A DNA stretch of 64,000 bases from an uncultured Bacillota bacterium (lineage in GTDB: Bacteria > Bacillota > Clostridia > Christensenellales > QAND01), in contig CAJJKN010000003.1 in NCBI GenBank assembly GCA_905188085.1, positions 44,688 through 108,687 on the forward strand, read 5' to 3'. The position numbers and the translations under genes are program-made. Shown in pieces: positions 1-9,886 of the stretch (position 1 is its first letter; the number at the start of each line of letters is the position of its first letter). The notes beneath the pieces were generated by a model. It was not told the DNA's origin, searched no databases, and saw only the letters and a program-made list of their open reading frames with translations.

Positions 1-837
1 GAGAGCATCCATATTTCCCAGGTGGATATGATCGTGGAAGGCAAAAACCCGCCGATCGCTGAAATGGGTGGCGGCGGCCCCGCCACGGAAGTGGACCAGG
101 CCGTGGCAAAGCTTATCGTAGAAGAAATTCCCAACGGCGCCTGCTTGCAGCTCGGCATCGGCGGCATGCCCAATGCCGTGGGTTCGCTGATCGCCCAGTC
201 CGATCTGAAAGATCTGGGCGTGCATACCGAAATGTATGTGGATGCGTTTGTGGATATTGCCAAAGCCGGCAAGATCACCGGCGCCCGCAAAGGGATCGAC
301 CGGTTCCGTCAAACCTATGCTTTCGGCGCAGGCACCAAAAAGCTGTACGACTTTTTGGATAACAACCCGGAATGCATGTCTGCCCCGGTAGATTACACCA
401 ACGACGTGCGCACCATCGCGCAGCTGGATAACTTTATGTCCATCAACAACGCCGTGGATGTAGACCTGTTCGGCCAGGTCAACGCCGAATCCGCAGGCAC
501 GCGCCACATCAGCGGCGCCGGCGGCCAGCTGGATTTCGTGTTGGGCGCCTATCTGTCCAAGGGCGGCAAGAGCTTTATCTGCTGTTCTTCCACCTTCACC
601 ACCAAATCCGGCGAGATGAAGAGCCGCATCGTGCCCACGCTGGCCAACGGTTCCATCGTCACGGACACCCGCGCCAACATCCATTACCTTGTCACCGAAT
701 ACGGCAAGGTAAACTTGAAAGGCCTGTCCACCTGGCAAAAGGCGGAAGCCATCATCTCCGTGGCGCATCCGGATTTCCGCGATCAGCTCATCAAAGATGC
801 GGAAGCCAACCACATTTGGCGTCGTTCCAATAAATAA
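1..837 (+). CDS. Acetyl-CoA hydrolase/transferase family protein (butyryl-CoA:acetate / 4-hydroxybutyrate CoA-transferase-like), C-terminal part; the 5' end lies upstream of the window
   Basis: The ORF is open from base 1 in the same frame as 22..837. The translated C-terminal region (…[41 protein letters not shown]…YLVTEYG) is typical of the AcetylCoA_hydro C-terminal domain. An intrinsic terminator follows. Confidence 0.8.
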   Translation, partial: ESIHISQVDMIVEGKNPPIAEMGGGGPATEVDQAVAKLIVEEIPNGACLQLGIGGMPNAVGSLIAQSDLKDLGVHTEMYVDAFVDIAKAGKITGARKGIDRFRQTYAFGAGTKKLYDFLDNNPECMSAPVDYTNDVRTIAQLDNFMSINNAVDVDLFGQVNAESAGTRHISGAGGQLDFVLGAYLSKGGKSFICCSSTFTTKSGEMKSRIVPTLANGSIVTDTRANIHYLVTEYGKVNLKGLSTWQKAEAIISVAHPDFRDQLIKDAEANHIWRRSNK

Positions 838-846
838 CGGCAAACA

Positions 847-874
847 AAAGGCCCCAAAGGGGCCTTTTTCTTTT
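847..874 (+). terminator. Rho-independent terminator (aaaaggccccaaaggggccttttt + T-run)
   Basis: A perfect GC-rich hairpin (GGCCCC/GGGGCC) followed by TTTTTCTTTT sits immediately after the stop codon. Confidence 0.8.
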
Positions 875-965
875 GCAAAAAACACATTGCCACCCCCTCT
901 TTCTCCGTGTATACTATCTTTAGGAACACATTTGTTACTATAAAATACAAAAGGGGGCATTCGTT

Positions 966-1475
966 ATGAAAGAAATCCAAAACACGCCGACAAAAACCGA
1001 TGAAATCACGCTTGCCTTGCGCGGCCTGTGCGCCAAACGAGCCAGCACCATCTGTTATATGATCCAGCAGGCCAAAGCCCATGGCGTTCAAGACGGCGTC
1101 GCCTTTGCCCGCGAAGCCGTTGCCCAATACGGAGCGGATATCGGCCGGGAGCTTAAAAACAAACTGAAAGATCCGGATGATCTTTTGGAATTTTCGCAAT
1201 ATTTCGGGGCCGGTACGGATCGCGATATCTATGAAATGGAGGTTGTGGAGCAAAGCGAAGACCGCTTTTATCTCGATTTTCATTATTGCCCCTATGTGGC
1301 CGAATGGCAAAAAATGGGGCGTGCGCCGGAGGAAATGGCCGAGCTTTGCGATATCGCTATGGAGGGAGACAGAGCCATCGGCGCCTCGTTTGACGGGTTT
1401 ACCTTTACTTTGGGCGAAACCATTGCCCAGGGGTGTCCCGCCTGCCAAATTCGCTTTGATAAGGTCAAAAAATAA
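966..1475 (+). CDS. Small Cys-containing protein, possibly L-2-amino-thiazoline-4-carboxylic acid hydrolase (ATC-hydrolase)-like family
   Basis: The 169-aa ORF has an RBS (aaaggggg) upstream. It carries a CPYVAEW…C…CPAC motif pattern that is reminiscent of the ATC_hydrolase family; the family call is from memory only. Confidence 0.5.
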   Translation: MKEIQNTPTKTDEITLALRGLCAKRASTICYMIQQAKAHGVQDGVAFAREAVAQYGADIGRELKNKLKDPDDLLEFSQYFGAGTDRDIYEMEVVEQSEDRFYLDFHYCPYVAEWQKMGRAPEEMAELCDIAMEGDRAIGASFDGFTFTLGETIAQGCPACQIRFDKVKK

Positions 1476-1486
1476 ACAACGCATCC

Positions 1487-1516
1487 CCCCGGGTTTCCGG
1501 GGGATTTTTACATTCT
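1487..1516 (+). terminator. Rho-independent terminator (catccccccgggtttccgggggattttta)
   Basis: Hairpin CCCCCGG/CCGGGGG followed by a T-run, placed after the 966..1475 stop codon. Confidence 0.75.
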
Positions 1517-1624
1517 TGCGCTTTATTTTTTCCAAGCGGTTTTCTCCATACAAAAAACGACCGGTTTTTGCCGATCGTTTTATCGTTATCGTTTTTCCTT
1601 GCCGGGATTTTGTATCCTTTGTCT

Positions 1625-2536
1625 TTACAGCTGCCCAATGAGAAATACAAACCGAAGCGCCAATTCGTCCACCCAGCGCCTGCGCAGCCGTTTCGGGTAA
1701 AACACCTTTTGTATCACATGGCGCAAATAGCCCTTTTCCGCAAACAACCGCACCGTTTTTTTCTGCGCCGGCGAAAGCTCATCGCCCACGGTATGATAGA
1801 AATCATCCAGCAAGATGCGATATTGGGCAAACCCATCGCCAAAAAACTTTTTGATCCGCCATTTCCATAAGCCGAAAAAGCCCATATTCGAAGAGGTAAC
1901 CGCCGAAGTATGCCGCCGATACAGCGCGCACGGTTCGTTATCGTAAACGATTTTCCCAAACGCAGCATACAGCATGCTCATCCAGGTGCCGCGTGCTTTT
2001 GCTTTTTGCGGCTTATGGGTAAACAGAAAGTCTTTGGCTGCGCGGTTGATCGCCATGGTAAATTCCAAACCGCATACCTCAAACAGCGTATCCTTCAATT
2101 CGATCGGCCGCGTCACTTTACCGGATTCCCCTACAATCTTCAGCGCACCGTCGCAAATATGATATCCGGCATAATACGCCACCGGCTTATCTTCCTCTTC
2201 CCGGGCCAGATGGGCCATGGCCCGCGAGATTTTCTGTTCCAGCCAAACATCGTCCTGGTCCGCAAAGAAAAACACGTCCCCCGGCACATCCAGATCCGTC
2301 AGCGCATAAAAACAAGCGGGATACCCCAGGTTTCCCTTGGTTTCCAGCAGATGAAACTTCTCATATTTGGCATCGTATTCTTCCAGGATTTTCGGCGTTG
2401 CATCCGAAGACCCGTCATCGCGCACATAAATCTCCACATCGGGATAATCCTGACGCAGGATGCTGTCCAGCTGCTGCGCCACGTATTTTTCCCCGTTGTA
2501 TGTGGACATCAGCACCACCGCTTTTTTGTTTTGCAT
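1625..2536 (-). CDS. Family 2 glycosyltransferase (rhamnosyltransferase-like)
   Basis: The N-terminus MQNKKAVVLMSTYNGEKYVAQQLDSILRQDYPDVEIYVRDDGSSDAT and a later DQDD motif match the GT2 / RgpB-like signature. Confidence 0.85.
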   Translation of the reverse strand: MQNKKAVVLMSTYNGEKYVAQQLDSILRQDYPDVEIYVRDDGSSDATPKILEEYDAKYEKFHLLETKGNLGYPACFYALTDLDVPGDVFFFADQDDVWLEQKISRAMAHLAREEEDKPVAYYAGYHICDGALKIVGESGKVTRPIELKDTLFEVCGLEFTMAINRAAKDFLFTHKPQKAKARGTWMSMLYAAFGKIVYDNEPCALYRRHTSAVTSSNMGFFGLWKWRIKKFFGDGFAQYRILLDDFYHTVGDELSPAQKKTVRLFAEKGYLRHVIQKVFYPKRLRRRWVDELALRFVFLIGQL

Positions 2537-2836
2537 GTTCTCTCCCCTTATATTTTGCCTGCCCTGTATTGTGAAAACGCGGCATGGAGTTCCTGCCGCG
2601 TCTGTTTTTTCTCGATAAATCCGCTAAATTATATCATAGCGCAGGCCCGAAATGCAATCTGCCGCTTTTTCTCTTTTCGGAGCCTACGGCCGGTTTGTCC
2701 TGTCATTTTGCAATCTAATTTCCCTTTGCAAAAACCGTCTATCCTCTTATCGCTTATCAATGCGCGGCTTTTCCCTGCATATAAAAAAATCCCGCTCTGC
2801 AAACAAGGAAAGCGGGCAAACGCCCGCCTTCTCTTT

Positions 2837-3583
2837 TTATTGATTCTGTTGTTGGCTCATATACGCCCGGCAAACTTCGTCCACCGGGCCGATCATTTTC
2901 ATATGCCCATGATCCAGCCACAGCGCTCTATGGCAAATGCGCTGCACCTGCTCGATGGAATGCGAGACAAACAAAATCGTCACGCCGTTTTCGCGCATCT
3001 GCGTAATGCGGCGTTCGCATTTTTGCTGAAATTGATAATCGCCCACGGCCAAAATCTCGTCACAGATCAAAATATCCGGCTCGATCACCGTTGCAATGGC
3101 AAACCCCAGGCGGGCCACCATGCCGGAAGAAAAGTTTTTCAGCGGCACATCCATAAATTCCCGCAGCTCTGCAAAATCGATGATCTCATCAAATTTGCCA
3201 AGCAGAAATTTTTTGGAATATCCCATCACGGAGCCGTTTAAAAACACATTTTCCCGTGCTGTCAGGTTCATATCAAACCCGGCGCCCAACTCAATCAGCG
3301 GCGCCAAAACGCCCTGCACTTTTACCTTGCCGGCCGACGGCTTGTAAATGCCGCTGATCAACTTTAGCATCGTGCTCTTGCCGGAGCCGTTTAGCCCCAC
3401 CAGCCCAAACACTTCGCCTTTATGCACCTGAAAGCTCACATCGTTGACCGCAATAAACTCGTTATACATCAAGTTTCGTTTTACGATTCGGATAAAATAT
3501 TCTTTCAGGTTGTCTACCTTTTCGGTGGAAAGGTTGAATTTCATCGTGACATTTTGCACGTCCACAACCACAGGCTGTTCCAT
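2837..3583 (-). CDS. Polysaccharide/teichoic-acid export ABC transporter ATP-binding protein (Wzt/TagH/RgpD-like)
   Basis: Walker A motif GLVGLNGSGKST is present, together with an ABC signature LSGGM-like motif (FSSGMVARL), Walker B ILICDE and an H-loop. Confidence 0.9.
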   Translation of the reverse strand: MEQPVVVDVQNVTMKFNLSTEKVDNLKEYFIRIVKRNLMYNEFIAVNDVSFQVHKGEVFGLVGLNGSGKSTMLKLISGIYKPSAGKVKVQGVLAPLIELGAGFDMNLTARENVFLNGSVMGYSKKFLLGKFDEIIDFAELREFMDVPLKNFSSGMVARLGFAIATVIEPDILICDEILAVGDYQFQQKCERRITQMRENGVTILFVSHSIEQVQRICHRALWLDHGHMKMIGPVDEVCRAYMSQQQNQ

Positions 3584-3597
3584 CGCACTTTCCTCCT

Positions 3598-4380
3598 TTA
3601 CACATACAGCACAAAGCGATCCTGCTTGCGCTTAAAGCACCACAGGCCCAGCACCAAAAACCCGAGAGCAAACGCCGTGGCAATCAACCACATCGAAATC
3701 GGCGGCACTGTGTTATACAGCAGCACCTGGCGCATCATCGTTACAAAATAATACATGGGGTTAAAGTGCATAATCGTCGTAATGATGCCCGGCAGATTGG
3801 CAAAATCCAACGGGTAGATGATGGGCGTGGCATACATCCAGGCCGTCAGCAGCACGCTGTACAGGTGCATCAAATCGCGGAAAAACACCGCCAGCGTGCT
3901 CAACAGCAGCCCCATTCCGATGGCAAATACCAAACACAGCATCACCACAAACGGAAACAGGAAAAATGTGAGCGTCGGCCATACGCCGGAGAAGATCATC
4001 ACGATCAACACCGCCACCATGGAAAGCAGCAGGTTCACGCAGGCAAACAGACACTTTTCCAACGGAAACATATATTTGGGAATGTAGATTTTCTTTAACA
4101 GCAGCGCATTGTCCAATACCGAGCTCATGGCCCCGTTGGTGCCTTCGCTGAAAAAGCTCCACAAAACGTTCCCCACCAGAAAATACAGGTGATAATTTTC
4201 AATTTGAAAACGAAACAGCCGGGCAAACACCGCCGAAATGACCACCATGGTCAAAAGCGGGTTTAGCACGCTCCACAATACGCCCAGCACGCTGCGCCGG
4301 TATTTCACCTTCAAATCGCGGCCGATCAGGTTTGCCAACAAAAACCGGTACCGCTTGAATACTTCAATGCTTGCCCTCAA
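3598..4380 (-). CDS. ABC-2 type polysaccharide export permease (Wzm/TagG/RgpC-like)
   Basis: A 260-aa polytopic hydrophobic protein placed immediately upstream of the ATPase gene, with the ABC-2 permease architecture. Confidence 0.85.
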   Translation of the reverse strand: MRASIEVFKRYRFLLANLIGRDLKVKYRRSVLGVLWSVLNPLLTMVVISAVFARLFRFQIENYHLYFLVGNVLWSFFSEGTNGAMSSVLDNALLLKKIYIPKYMFPLEKCLFACVNLLLSMVAVLIVMIFSGVWPTLTFFLFPFVVMLCLVFAIGMGLLLSTLAVFFRDLMHLYSVLLTAWMYATPIIYPLDFANLPGIITTIMHFNPMYYFVTMMRQVLLYNTVPPISMWLIATAFALGFLVLGLWCFKRKQDRFVLYV

Positions 4381-4384
4381 GCCA

Positions 4385-4933
4385 TTACCTCCAAGCGTCC
4401 AGCCCCGGATGTTTTTTATCCTTATCCGAAAGCAAAATTTCCACGCCTTCCGGGATCTGCCAATCGATGTTCAGCTGCGGATCGTTCCACAAAATGCCGC
4501 CTTCGTCCGTCGGGTCGTAAAACGCCGTACACTTATAGGCAAAGATGGCCTCTTCGCTCAGCACCGCAAACCCATGGGCAAACCCTTCCGGCACATAAAA
4601 CTGCCGTTTGTTTTCTTCGGACAAAAGGCAGCTTCTCCATTGCCCAAACGTGGGGCTTCCCTTGCGGATATCCACCGCCACATCCAGCACCGTACCGGAC
4701 AGCGCACGCACCAATTTCCCTTGCGGGTGCTTTATTTGAAAATGCAGCCCGCGCAGCACGCCCAGCCGGGATTTGCTCTGGTTATCCTGCACAAATTTCA
4801 TGTTCATGCCGGCTTCGGCAAAATCGCGTTCGCTGTATGTTTCCATAAAATAGCCGCGTTCATCGCCAAACACCGTCGGCTCTATGATTTTCAGCCCTTC
4901 AATGCCCGTTTCGATAAATTTGAATTTTCCCAT
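4385..4933 (-). CDS. rmlC: dTDP-4-dehydrorhamnose 3,5-epimerase
   Basis: MGKFKFIETGIEGLKIIEPTVFGDERGYFMETY… matches the RmlC cupin family. Confidence 0.92.
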   Translation of the reverse strand: MGKFKFIETGIEGLKIIEPTVFGDERGYFMETYSERDFAEAGMNMKFVQDNQSKSRLGVLRGLHFQIKHPQGKLVRALSGTVLDVAVDIRKGSPTFGQWRSCLLSEENKRQFYVPEGFAHGFAVLSEEAIFAYKCTAFYDPTDEGGILWNDPQLNIDWQIPEGVEILLSDKDKKHPGLDAWR

Positions 4934-4936
4934 CTT

Positions 4937-5992
4937 TTATTTCCCCTGATACATCTTGGCGTAATATTCCTGATAGGCGCCGCTGGTCACGCGTTCCATC
5001 CATTCTTTATGGTTCAAATACCATTCGATGGTCAGCACAATGCCCTTTTCAAACGGCGTTTCGGGATACCAGCCCAAATCGCGTTTGATCTTTTCCGGAT
5101 CTATGCCGTAGCGCTTGTCGTGCCCTTTCCGGTCTTCCACGTATTTGATCAGCTGTTCGCCCACCTGCTCGTCCACATGGTCGTGCACATATTGCAAAAT
5201 GGTCTTTACGATGAAAATGTTCGGCCGTTCGTTGTGGCCGCCCACGTTATACACTTCCCCTACCTTGCCGGAGGTGATTACCATATCAATGGCCTTACAA
5301 TGATCTTCCACATACAGCCAGTCGCGCACGTTCATGCCGTCGCCGTAAACCGGCAGCTGCTTGTGCTGTAAAGCGTTGTTGATCATCAGCGGGATCAGCT
5401 TTTCCGGGAATTGATACGGGCCGTAGTTGTTCGAGCAGCGCGTGATGTTTATCGGCAGGCCAAACGTATCGTGGAACGCCTGCACAAAAAAGTCTGCCGA
5501 GGCCTTGGCCGCGCTATACGGGCTGTGCGGGTTCAACGGCGTGGTTTCGGTAAAATATCCCGTTTCGCCCAGCGAACCGTATACTTCGTCGGTGGATACC
5601 TGCAAATATTTTACGCCCGGCTTAAAGCCCTCGTCCTCTGCCCAATGCTTTTTCGCCACGTTCAACAAATTTACCGTGCCGTTTACATTGGCCATTACAA
5701 ACGCATTGGGGTCTTTAATGCTGCGGTCCACATGGCTTTCGGCCGCAAAGTTTACCAGATAATCAATATCGTTTTGCGCAAAGATGGCGTCAATGGCCGC
5801 CTCGTCGCCAATATCCGCCTGCACAAAGCTGTAACGCGGGTCTTGGTCTATGCTCTTCAGGTTTTCCAGGTTGCCGGCATAGGTCAATTTGTCCACGTTG
5901 ATGATGCGAATGTCTTCATGCTTTTTCAGCATATACAGGATAAAGTTGGAGCCGATAAAGCCCGCTCCTCCCGTTACCAGATAGGTTTTCAT
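4937..5992 (-). CDS. rmlB: dTDP-glucose 4,6-dehydratase
   Basis: MKTYLVTGGAGFIGSNF Rossmann N-terminus plus YxxxK, typical of SDR-family RmlB. I trimmed the start to the ATG preceded by AAGGAGA; the track ORF extends to 6067. Confidence 0.92.
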   Translation of the reverse strand: MKTYLVTGGAGFIGSNFILYMLKKHEDIRIINVDKLTYAGNLENLKSIDQDPRYSFVQADIGDEAAIDAIFAQNDIDYLVNFAAESHVDRSIKDPNAFVMANVNGTVNLLNVAKKHWAEDEGFKPGVKYLQVSTDEVYGSLGETGYFTETTPLNPHSPYSAAKASADFFVQAFHDTFGLPINITRCSNNYGPYQFPEKLIPLMINNALQHKQLPVYGDGMNVRDWLYVEDHCKAIDMVITSGKVGEVYNVGGHNERPNIFIVKTILQYVHDHVDEQVGEQLIKYVEDRKGHDKRYGIDPEKIKRDLGWYPETPFEKGIVLTIEWYLNHKEWMERVTSGAYQEYYAKMYQGK

Positions 5993-6006
5993 TCGTTTTG
6001 TCTCCT

Positions 6007-6903
6007 TTAAGCAAAGATACCGCGTTGTTTTGCGTTTTCCATATACATTTTCAGCGCATCTTCCCACGGGCGCATTTCGTTGCCCACGGTGTTGCGCAGC
6101 ATGGCGTTATCCAGCGAAGAATAGGCCGGCCGCTTGGCAGGGGTCGGGTATTCCTCCGTTGTGCACGGGGTTACTTCGCACGGCACCTGGTAAAATTCCA
6201 TAATCTTTTTTGTAAAATCATACCAGCTGCAGGTGCCTTCGTTGGTGCAGTGGTAGGTGCCGTAGTTTGTCGTTTGCGCCAGCTTCAAAATATGATAGGC
6301 CAAATCGTTGGCGCTGGTGGGGTTGCCGAATTGGTCGTTTACCACCTTCACCTTGCCGTTTTCGCGCGCCAGACGGCACATGGTTTTCACAAAGTTATTG
6401 CCCACATAGCCATACAGCCAGGCCGTGCGCACGATAAAGCTTTTCGTACAGCACTGGCGGACAAGCGTTTCCCCCAGCTCCTTGCTTTTTCCGTACGCCG
6501 TCACCGGCGCGGTATGGTCCCATTCCTTGCGTGGGGTGGGCTCGTCGCCGGCAAACACATAGTCCGTAGAGGTATGCACCAATTTGGCCCCCAGCTCCTG
6601 GCACAGCACCGCCAGGTTCATCGGCAAAATCGCGTTGGCTTTCATCGCCGCGTCCAGTTCCGTTTCGCAGGCGTTTACATTGGTTATCGCCGCGCAGTTG
6701 ATCACAACATCCGGCTTTACAGTATACAAACACGCCCGGGCCTTTTCCATATCGGAAAAGTCCACCGTGTCCATATCCCTGTATACCACTTCCGCATGCT
6801 GGTAGGAAGGGTCGATCGGGCCGATCTCGGCCCGCCCGCTTTCCAGCATGCTTTTCAATTCATTGCCCAACTGCCCATAGGCTCCGGTAATCAACAGTTT
6901 CAT
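6007..6903 (-). CDS. rmlD: dTDP-4-dehydrorhamnose reductase
   Basis: MKLLITGAYGQLGNEL… matches RmlD. Confidence 0.9.
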   Translation of the reverse strand: MKLLITGAYGQLGNELKSMLESGRAEIGPIDPSYQHAEVVYRDMDTVDFSDMEKARACLYTVKPDVVINCAAITNVNACETELDAAMKANAILPMNLAVLCQELGAKLVHTSTDYVFAGDEPTPRKEWDHTAPVTAYGKSKELGETLVRQCCTKSFIVRTAWLYGYVGNNFVKTMCRLARENGKVKVVNDQFGNPTSANDLAYHILKLAQTTNYGTYHCTNEGTCSWYDFTKKIMEFYQVPCEVTPCTTEEYPTPAKRPAYSSLDNAMLRNTVGNEMRPWEDALKMYMENAKQRGIFA

Positions 6904-6917
6904 GCTGCGCCTCCTGT

Positions 6918-7793
6918 TTATGCCTGCTCCGCGCCGGCAATGCGGAACAGATATTTGCCATAATCCGTGGTTTTCAGTTTTTCTGCCTGGCTGAGCAACT
7001 GCTCACGGTCGATATATCCGTTGTTGTAGGCAATCTCTTCCAGGCAGGCAATATACAGCCCCTGGCGGATCTGCACAGCCTGTACAAAGTTTGCCGCATC
7101 CAGCATCGCGCGGTGCGTGCCGGTATCCAGCCAGGCCATGCCGCGGCCAAACAGTTCCACTTTCAATTCGCCCTTTTCCAAATAGGCGTTATTCACCGCC
7201 GTAATTTCAATTTCGCCGCGGGCCGAGGGTTTCACCCGTTTTGCAATTTCCACGACCTGGTTGTCATAGAAATACAAGCCCGGCACGGCATAGTTGCTCT
7301 TCGGCTTGGCCGGTTTTTCCTCAATAGACAACACATTGCCGTCCTCGTCAAAATCCACCACGCCAAACGCCTGCGGGTCTGCCACATGATAGCCGAAAAT
7401 CGTGGCGCCCTTCTCCCGAGCCGCCGCGCGTTTGAGCCGCTCGGTAAACCCATAGCCGTAGAAAATATTATCGCCCAACACCAGGCAAACGTTATCGTCT
7501 CCGATAAATTCTTCCCCTACGATAAACGCATCCGCCAGTCCGCGCGGCTTATCCTGCACTGCATATTGGATTTTCATGCCCAGCTGCGAGCCGTCGCCAA
7601 ACAGCTGTTCAAAGCCATGAATATCCCGCGGTGTGGAGATGATGAGCACCTCGCGAATGCCGGCCAGCATCAGCGTAGACATCGGATAATACACCATCGG
7701 TTTGTCATATACGGTCAGCATCTGTTTGGAGACCGCGATGGTGGACGGATACAGGCGCGTGCCCGCGCCCCCTGCCAAAATAATCCCTTTCAT
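6918..7793 (-). CDS. rmlA: Glucose-1-phosphate thymidylyltransferase
   Basis: [18 protein letters not shown]… matches RmlA. Start taken at the ATG that has AGGAG 8 nt upstream. Confidence 0.92.
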   Translation of the reverse strand: MKGIILAGGAGTRLYPSTIAVSKQMLTVYDKPMVYYPMSTLMLAGIREVLIISTPRDIHGFEQLFGDGSQLGMKIQYAVQDKPRGLADAFIVGEEFIGDDNVCLVLGDNIFYGYGFTERLKRAAAREKGATIFGYHVADPQAFGVVDFDEDGNVLSIEEKPAKPKSNYAVPGLYFYDNQVVEIAKRVKPSARGEIEITAVNNAYLEKGELKVELFGRGMAWLDTGTHRAMLDAANFVQAVQIRQGLYIACLEEIAYNNGYIDREQLLSQAEKLKTTDYGKYLFRIAGAEQA

Positions 7794-7844
7794 CTTACAC
7801 AACTCCTGTTTTTGGTTTTTCGTATCATACAATTGCTCGTCTTG

Positions 7845-8777
7845 TCAGCAATATAAAATCTGTCCGATTTTGCGCACCAGCCCGCCTTTAAACAGGCCGT
7901 ATTTGCACAGCGTATACCAGCGCGCAAGTTTGCTTTTTTGCGGCATAGCCGCAAACGCCCGGGCCGCCTGTTTTTCCCGTTCCGGCATTTTATCGCCAAA
8001 TTGTTTTACAAACGCCTCCGCCTGGGCATAGGTTTCCAGCAGCACCTGCTTGCTCTTTTGCCCCTGCGTTGCCCGCTTTGCCACATACCGGGCCGAGCCC
8101 GCGTTTTTGCTGCCCACCTGGTTGTTGCCGTGCTGGCGATAATCCATCGTCTGTTCTTTTTCCAGGCCGATTTTCCCAAAGCAGGCAGCCGTAAGTGCCA
8201 GATACCAATCATGCATAATCGCCTGCTCCGGCAAAGGCAGCACACAGCGAATTAAGGCGCGGTTTGCCATCATCGTGCAGCCCGTCACCACGTTTTGACA
8301 AAGCAGCTGGCAAAAGCCCGTGCGCGTTAAATCCAGCTTTTGATACGCCGCCATAGACGGTGCCATCTCTTTGCCGGCCTGGTCCACCACCCGCAGATCG
8401 CTATGCACCAACAGCGGCGTCTGTGTGCCGAATTGCTGCTCCATCTGCTTCATCTTGGCCCATGTGCGCGCAATCTTATCCGCATGCCATACATCGTCCT
8501 GGTCGCAAAACATCACATACGGCGCCGTTGCCTGCTCCATCAGCTTTGCAAAATTCTGTTTGGCCCCGCCGCTGGCTCCGCCTTGCACAAGGCAAATGCG
8601 CGCGTCCTTTTCCGCCCATTGCCGCAGCTTGGCGTTTGTACCGTCAAACGAGCCGTCATCACGGATCAACAGCTGCCAATCCGTTTCGCTCTGCGCCAAA
8701 ATAGAGCGTATCTGTTCCTCTATATAAGCCTGTCCATTATAACATGCCAACAGGATCTGTATGCTGTGCTGTGCCAT
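7845..8777 (-). CDS. Family 2 glycosyltransferase
   Basis: ILLACYNGQAYIEEQIRSILAQSETDWQLLIRDDGSFDGT followed by a DQDD motif, typical GT2. Confidence 0.85.
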   Translation of the reverse strand: MAQHSIQILLACYNGQAYIEEQIRSILAQSETDWQLLIRDDGSFDGTNAKLRQWAEKDARICLVQGGASGGAKQNFAKLMEQATAPYVMFCDQDDVWHADKIARTWAKMKQMEQQFGTQTPLLVHSDLRVVDQAGKEMAPSMAAYQKLDLTRTGFCQLLCQNVVTGCTMMANRALIRCVLPLPEQAIMHDWYLALTAACFGKIGLEKEQTMDYRQHGNNQVGSKNAGSARYVAKRATQGQKSKQVLLETYAQAEAFVKQFGDKMPEREKQAARAFAAMPQKSKLARWYTLCKYGLFKGGLVRKIGQILYC

Positions 8778-8778
8778 T

Positions 8779-9633
8779 TCAGTGCCCCTTGTGCGTTCTG
8801 TGGGCCAGCATTTTCTTAAATCCTATGCCGGCATACACCAACCACCGCGTAAACTTTCCATATTGGTCTTGAAAATTTTTCTCGTAAAACAGCTTCATGG
8901 AATCATAAAACGCATCGGATACCTTGCGGTTATAGGTATGCAGGCCGCTTTGCCCTTTCAAATGCAGCATCTGCGCTTTGGGCTGGTAAACGATTTTATA
9001 CCCAGCCTGCATAATGGCATAGCAAAGGTCCAAATCTTCTGCATACATAAAATATCGTTCGTCAAACCCGCCCACCTGCATAAACACGTGCTTTGGAATC
9101 ATCATGCACGAGCCGGAAATGGCATCCACCTCGTGCCGGCTGTGTTCATCCAGATACCGCAGCGCATAGCCGTCGTATTTTTCCGGGTTCCGCTTCATCC
9201 GCCGGCTCAGCCCGGAAAAATAACAAAACGCATTCCACGGCGTGGGAAACCCGCGTTTGCAGCCATGATCCAGCGTTCCGTCCTCCAGATATACCCGCGA
9301 CCCCACAGCGCCGATGCGGCCGTCCTCCCGCAGGGTTTGGTACATCGCTTCAATCGCGCCGTCTTCCAAAAATCCGTCGGAATTTAAAAACAATAAGACC
9401 GGCGCCAGCGCCTGGCGCGCGCCCAGGTTGCACGCATGGCCAAAGCCATGGTTTTCCGCCTCGATCAGCCGATACAAAAGCCCTTGCCCCAGCCGCTCTT
9501 CCGGGCGCGTGGAATTATCCACCACCAGCACTTCCAGTTCCAAGTTCTGCACGGAAGCACGCGCCCGTTCAATGGCGCGCAGCGTCATCTCTTTGGTATT
9601 AAAATTGATGACAACGATGGTTACGTCCGCCAA
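8779..9633 (-). CDS. Family 2 glycosyltransferase
   Basis: MADVTIVVINFNTKEMTLRAI…VLVVDNSTRP, with a DxD motif, typical GT2. Confidence 0.85.
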   Translation of the reverse strand: MADVTIVVINFNTKEMTLRAIERARASVQNLELEVLVVDNSTRPEERLGQGLLYRLIEAENHGFGHACNLGARQALAPVLLFLNSDGFLEDGAIEAMYQTLREDGRIGAVGSRVYLEDGTLDHGCKRGFPTPWNAFCYFSGLSRRMKRNPEKYDGYALRYLDEHSRHEVDAISGSCMMIPKHVFMQVGGFDERYFMYAEDLDLCYAIMQAGYKIVYQPKAQMLHLKGQSGLHTYNRKVSDAFYDSMKLFYEKNFQDQYGKFTRWLVYAGIGFKKMLAHRTHKGH

Positions 9634-9886
9634 GTCCTGTCTTCCTTCCGTAGCAATTTAATCTATTGAATCAGTTTATCATACCCCAAACAGCCCGTGT
9701 TTTCAATGTTTTGTCCGCAATTCCGCCGCCAAACACGCTGTTTTGTTCCTTTCCCGCACATTTTTACCCGCCCGATTCTTTTCCGCGCCTTTTCCCTTTA
9801 TTTTGTTTTCTTCTTTTTCCCTCTTTATTCTTTTTGAAAATATCTTTATGCGACGTGTCGCTTTACATATTTTCAAATGCTCCCGT

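Noticed and set aside
2575-2610. Perfect hairpin (acgcggca…tgccgcgt) followed by a T-run on the plus strand, inside the leader of the minus-strand GT2 gene
   Set aside because: No plus-strand gene ends here. It may act as a bidirectional terminator for the upstream exporter genes, but I cannot assign it with confidence.
1910-3241. 443-aa plus-strand ORF
   Set aside because: It is antisense to the GT2 and ABC ATPase genes, which have clear motifs. Long antisense ORFs are expected at this GC content. It has no RBS and a His/Arg-rich, low-complexity composition.
4238-5371. 377-aa plus-strand ORF
   Set aside because: It is antisense to rmlC and rmlB, so it is a spurious frame.
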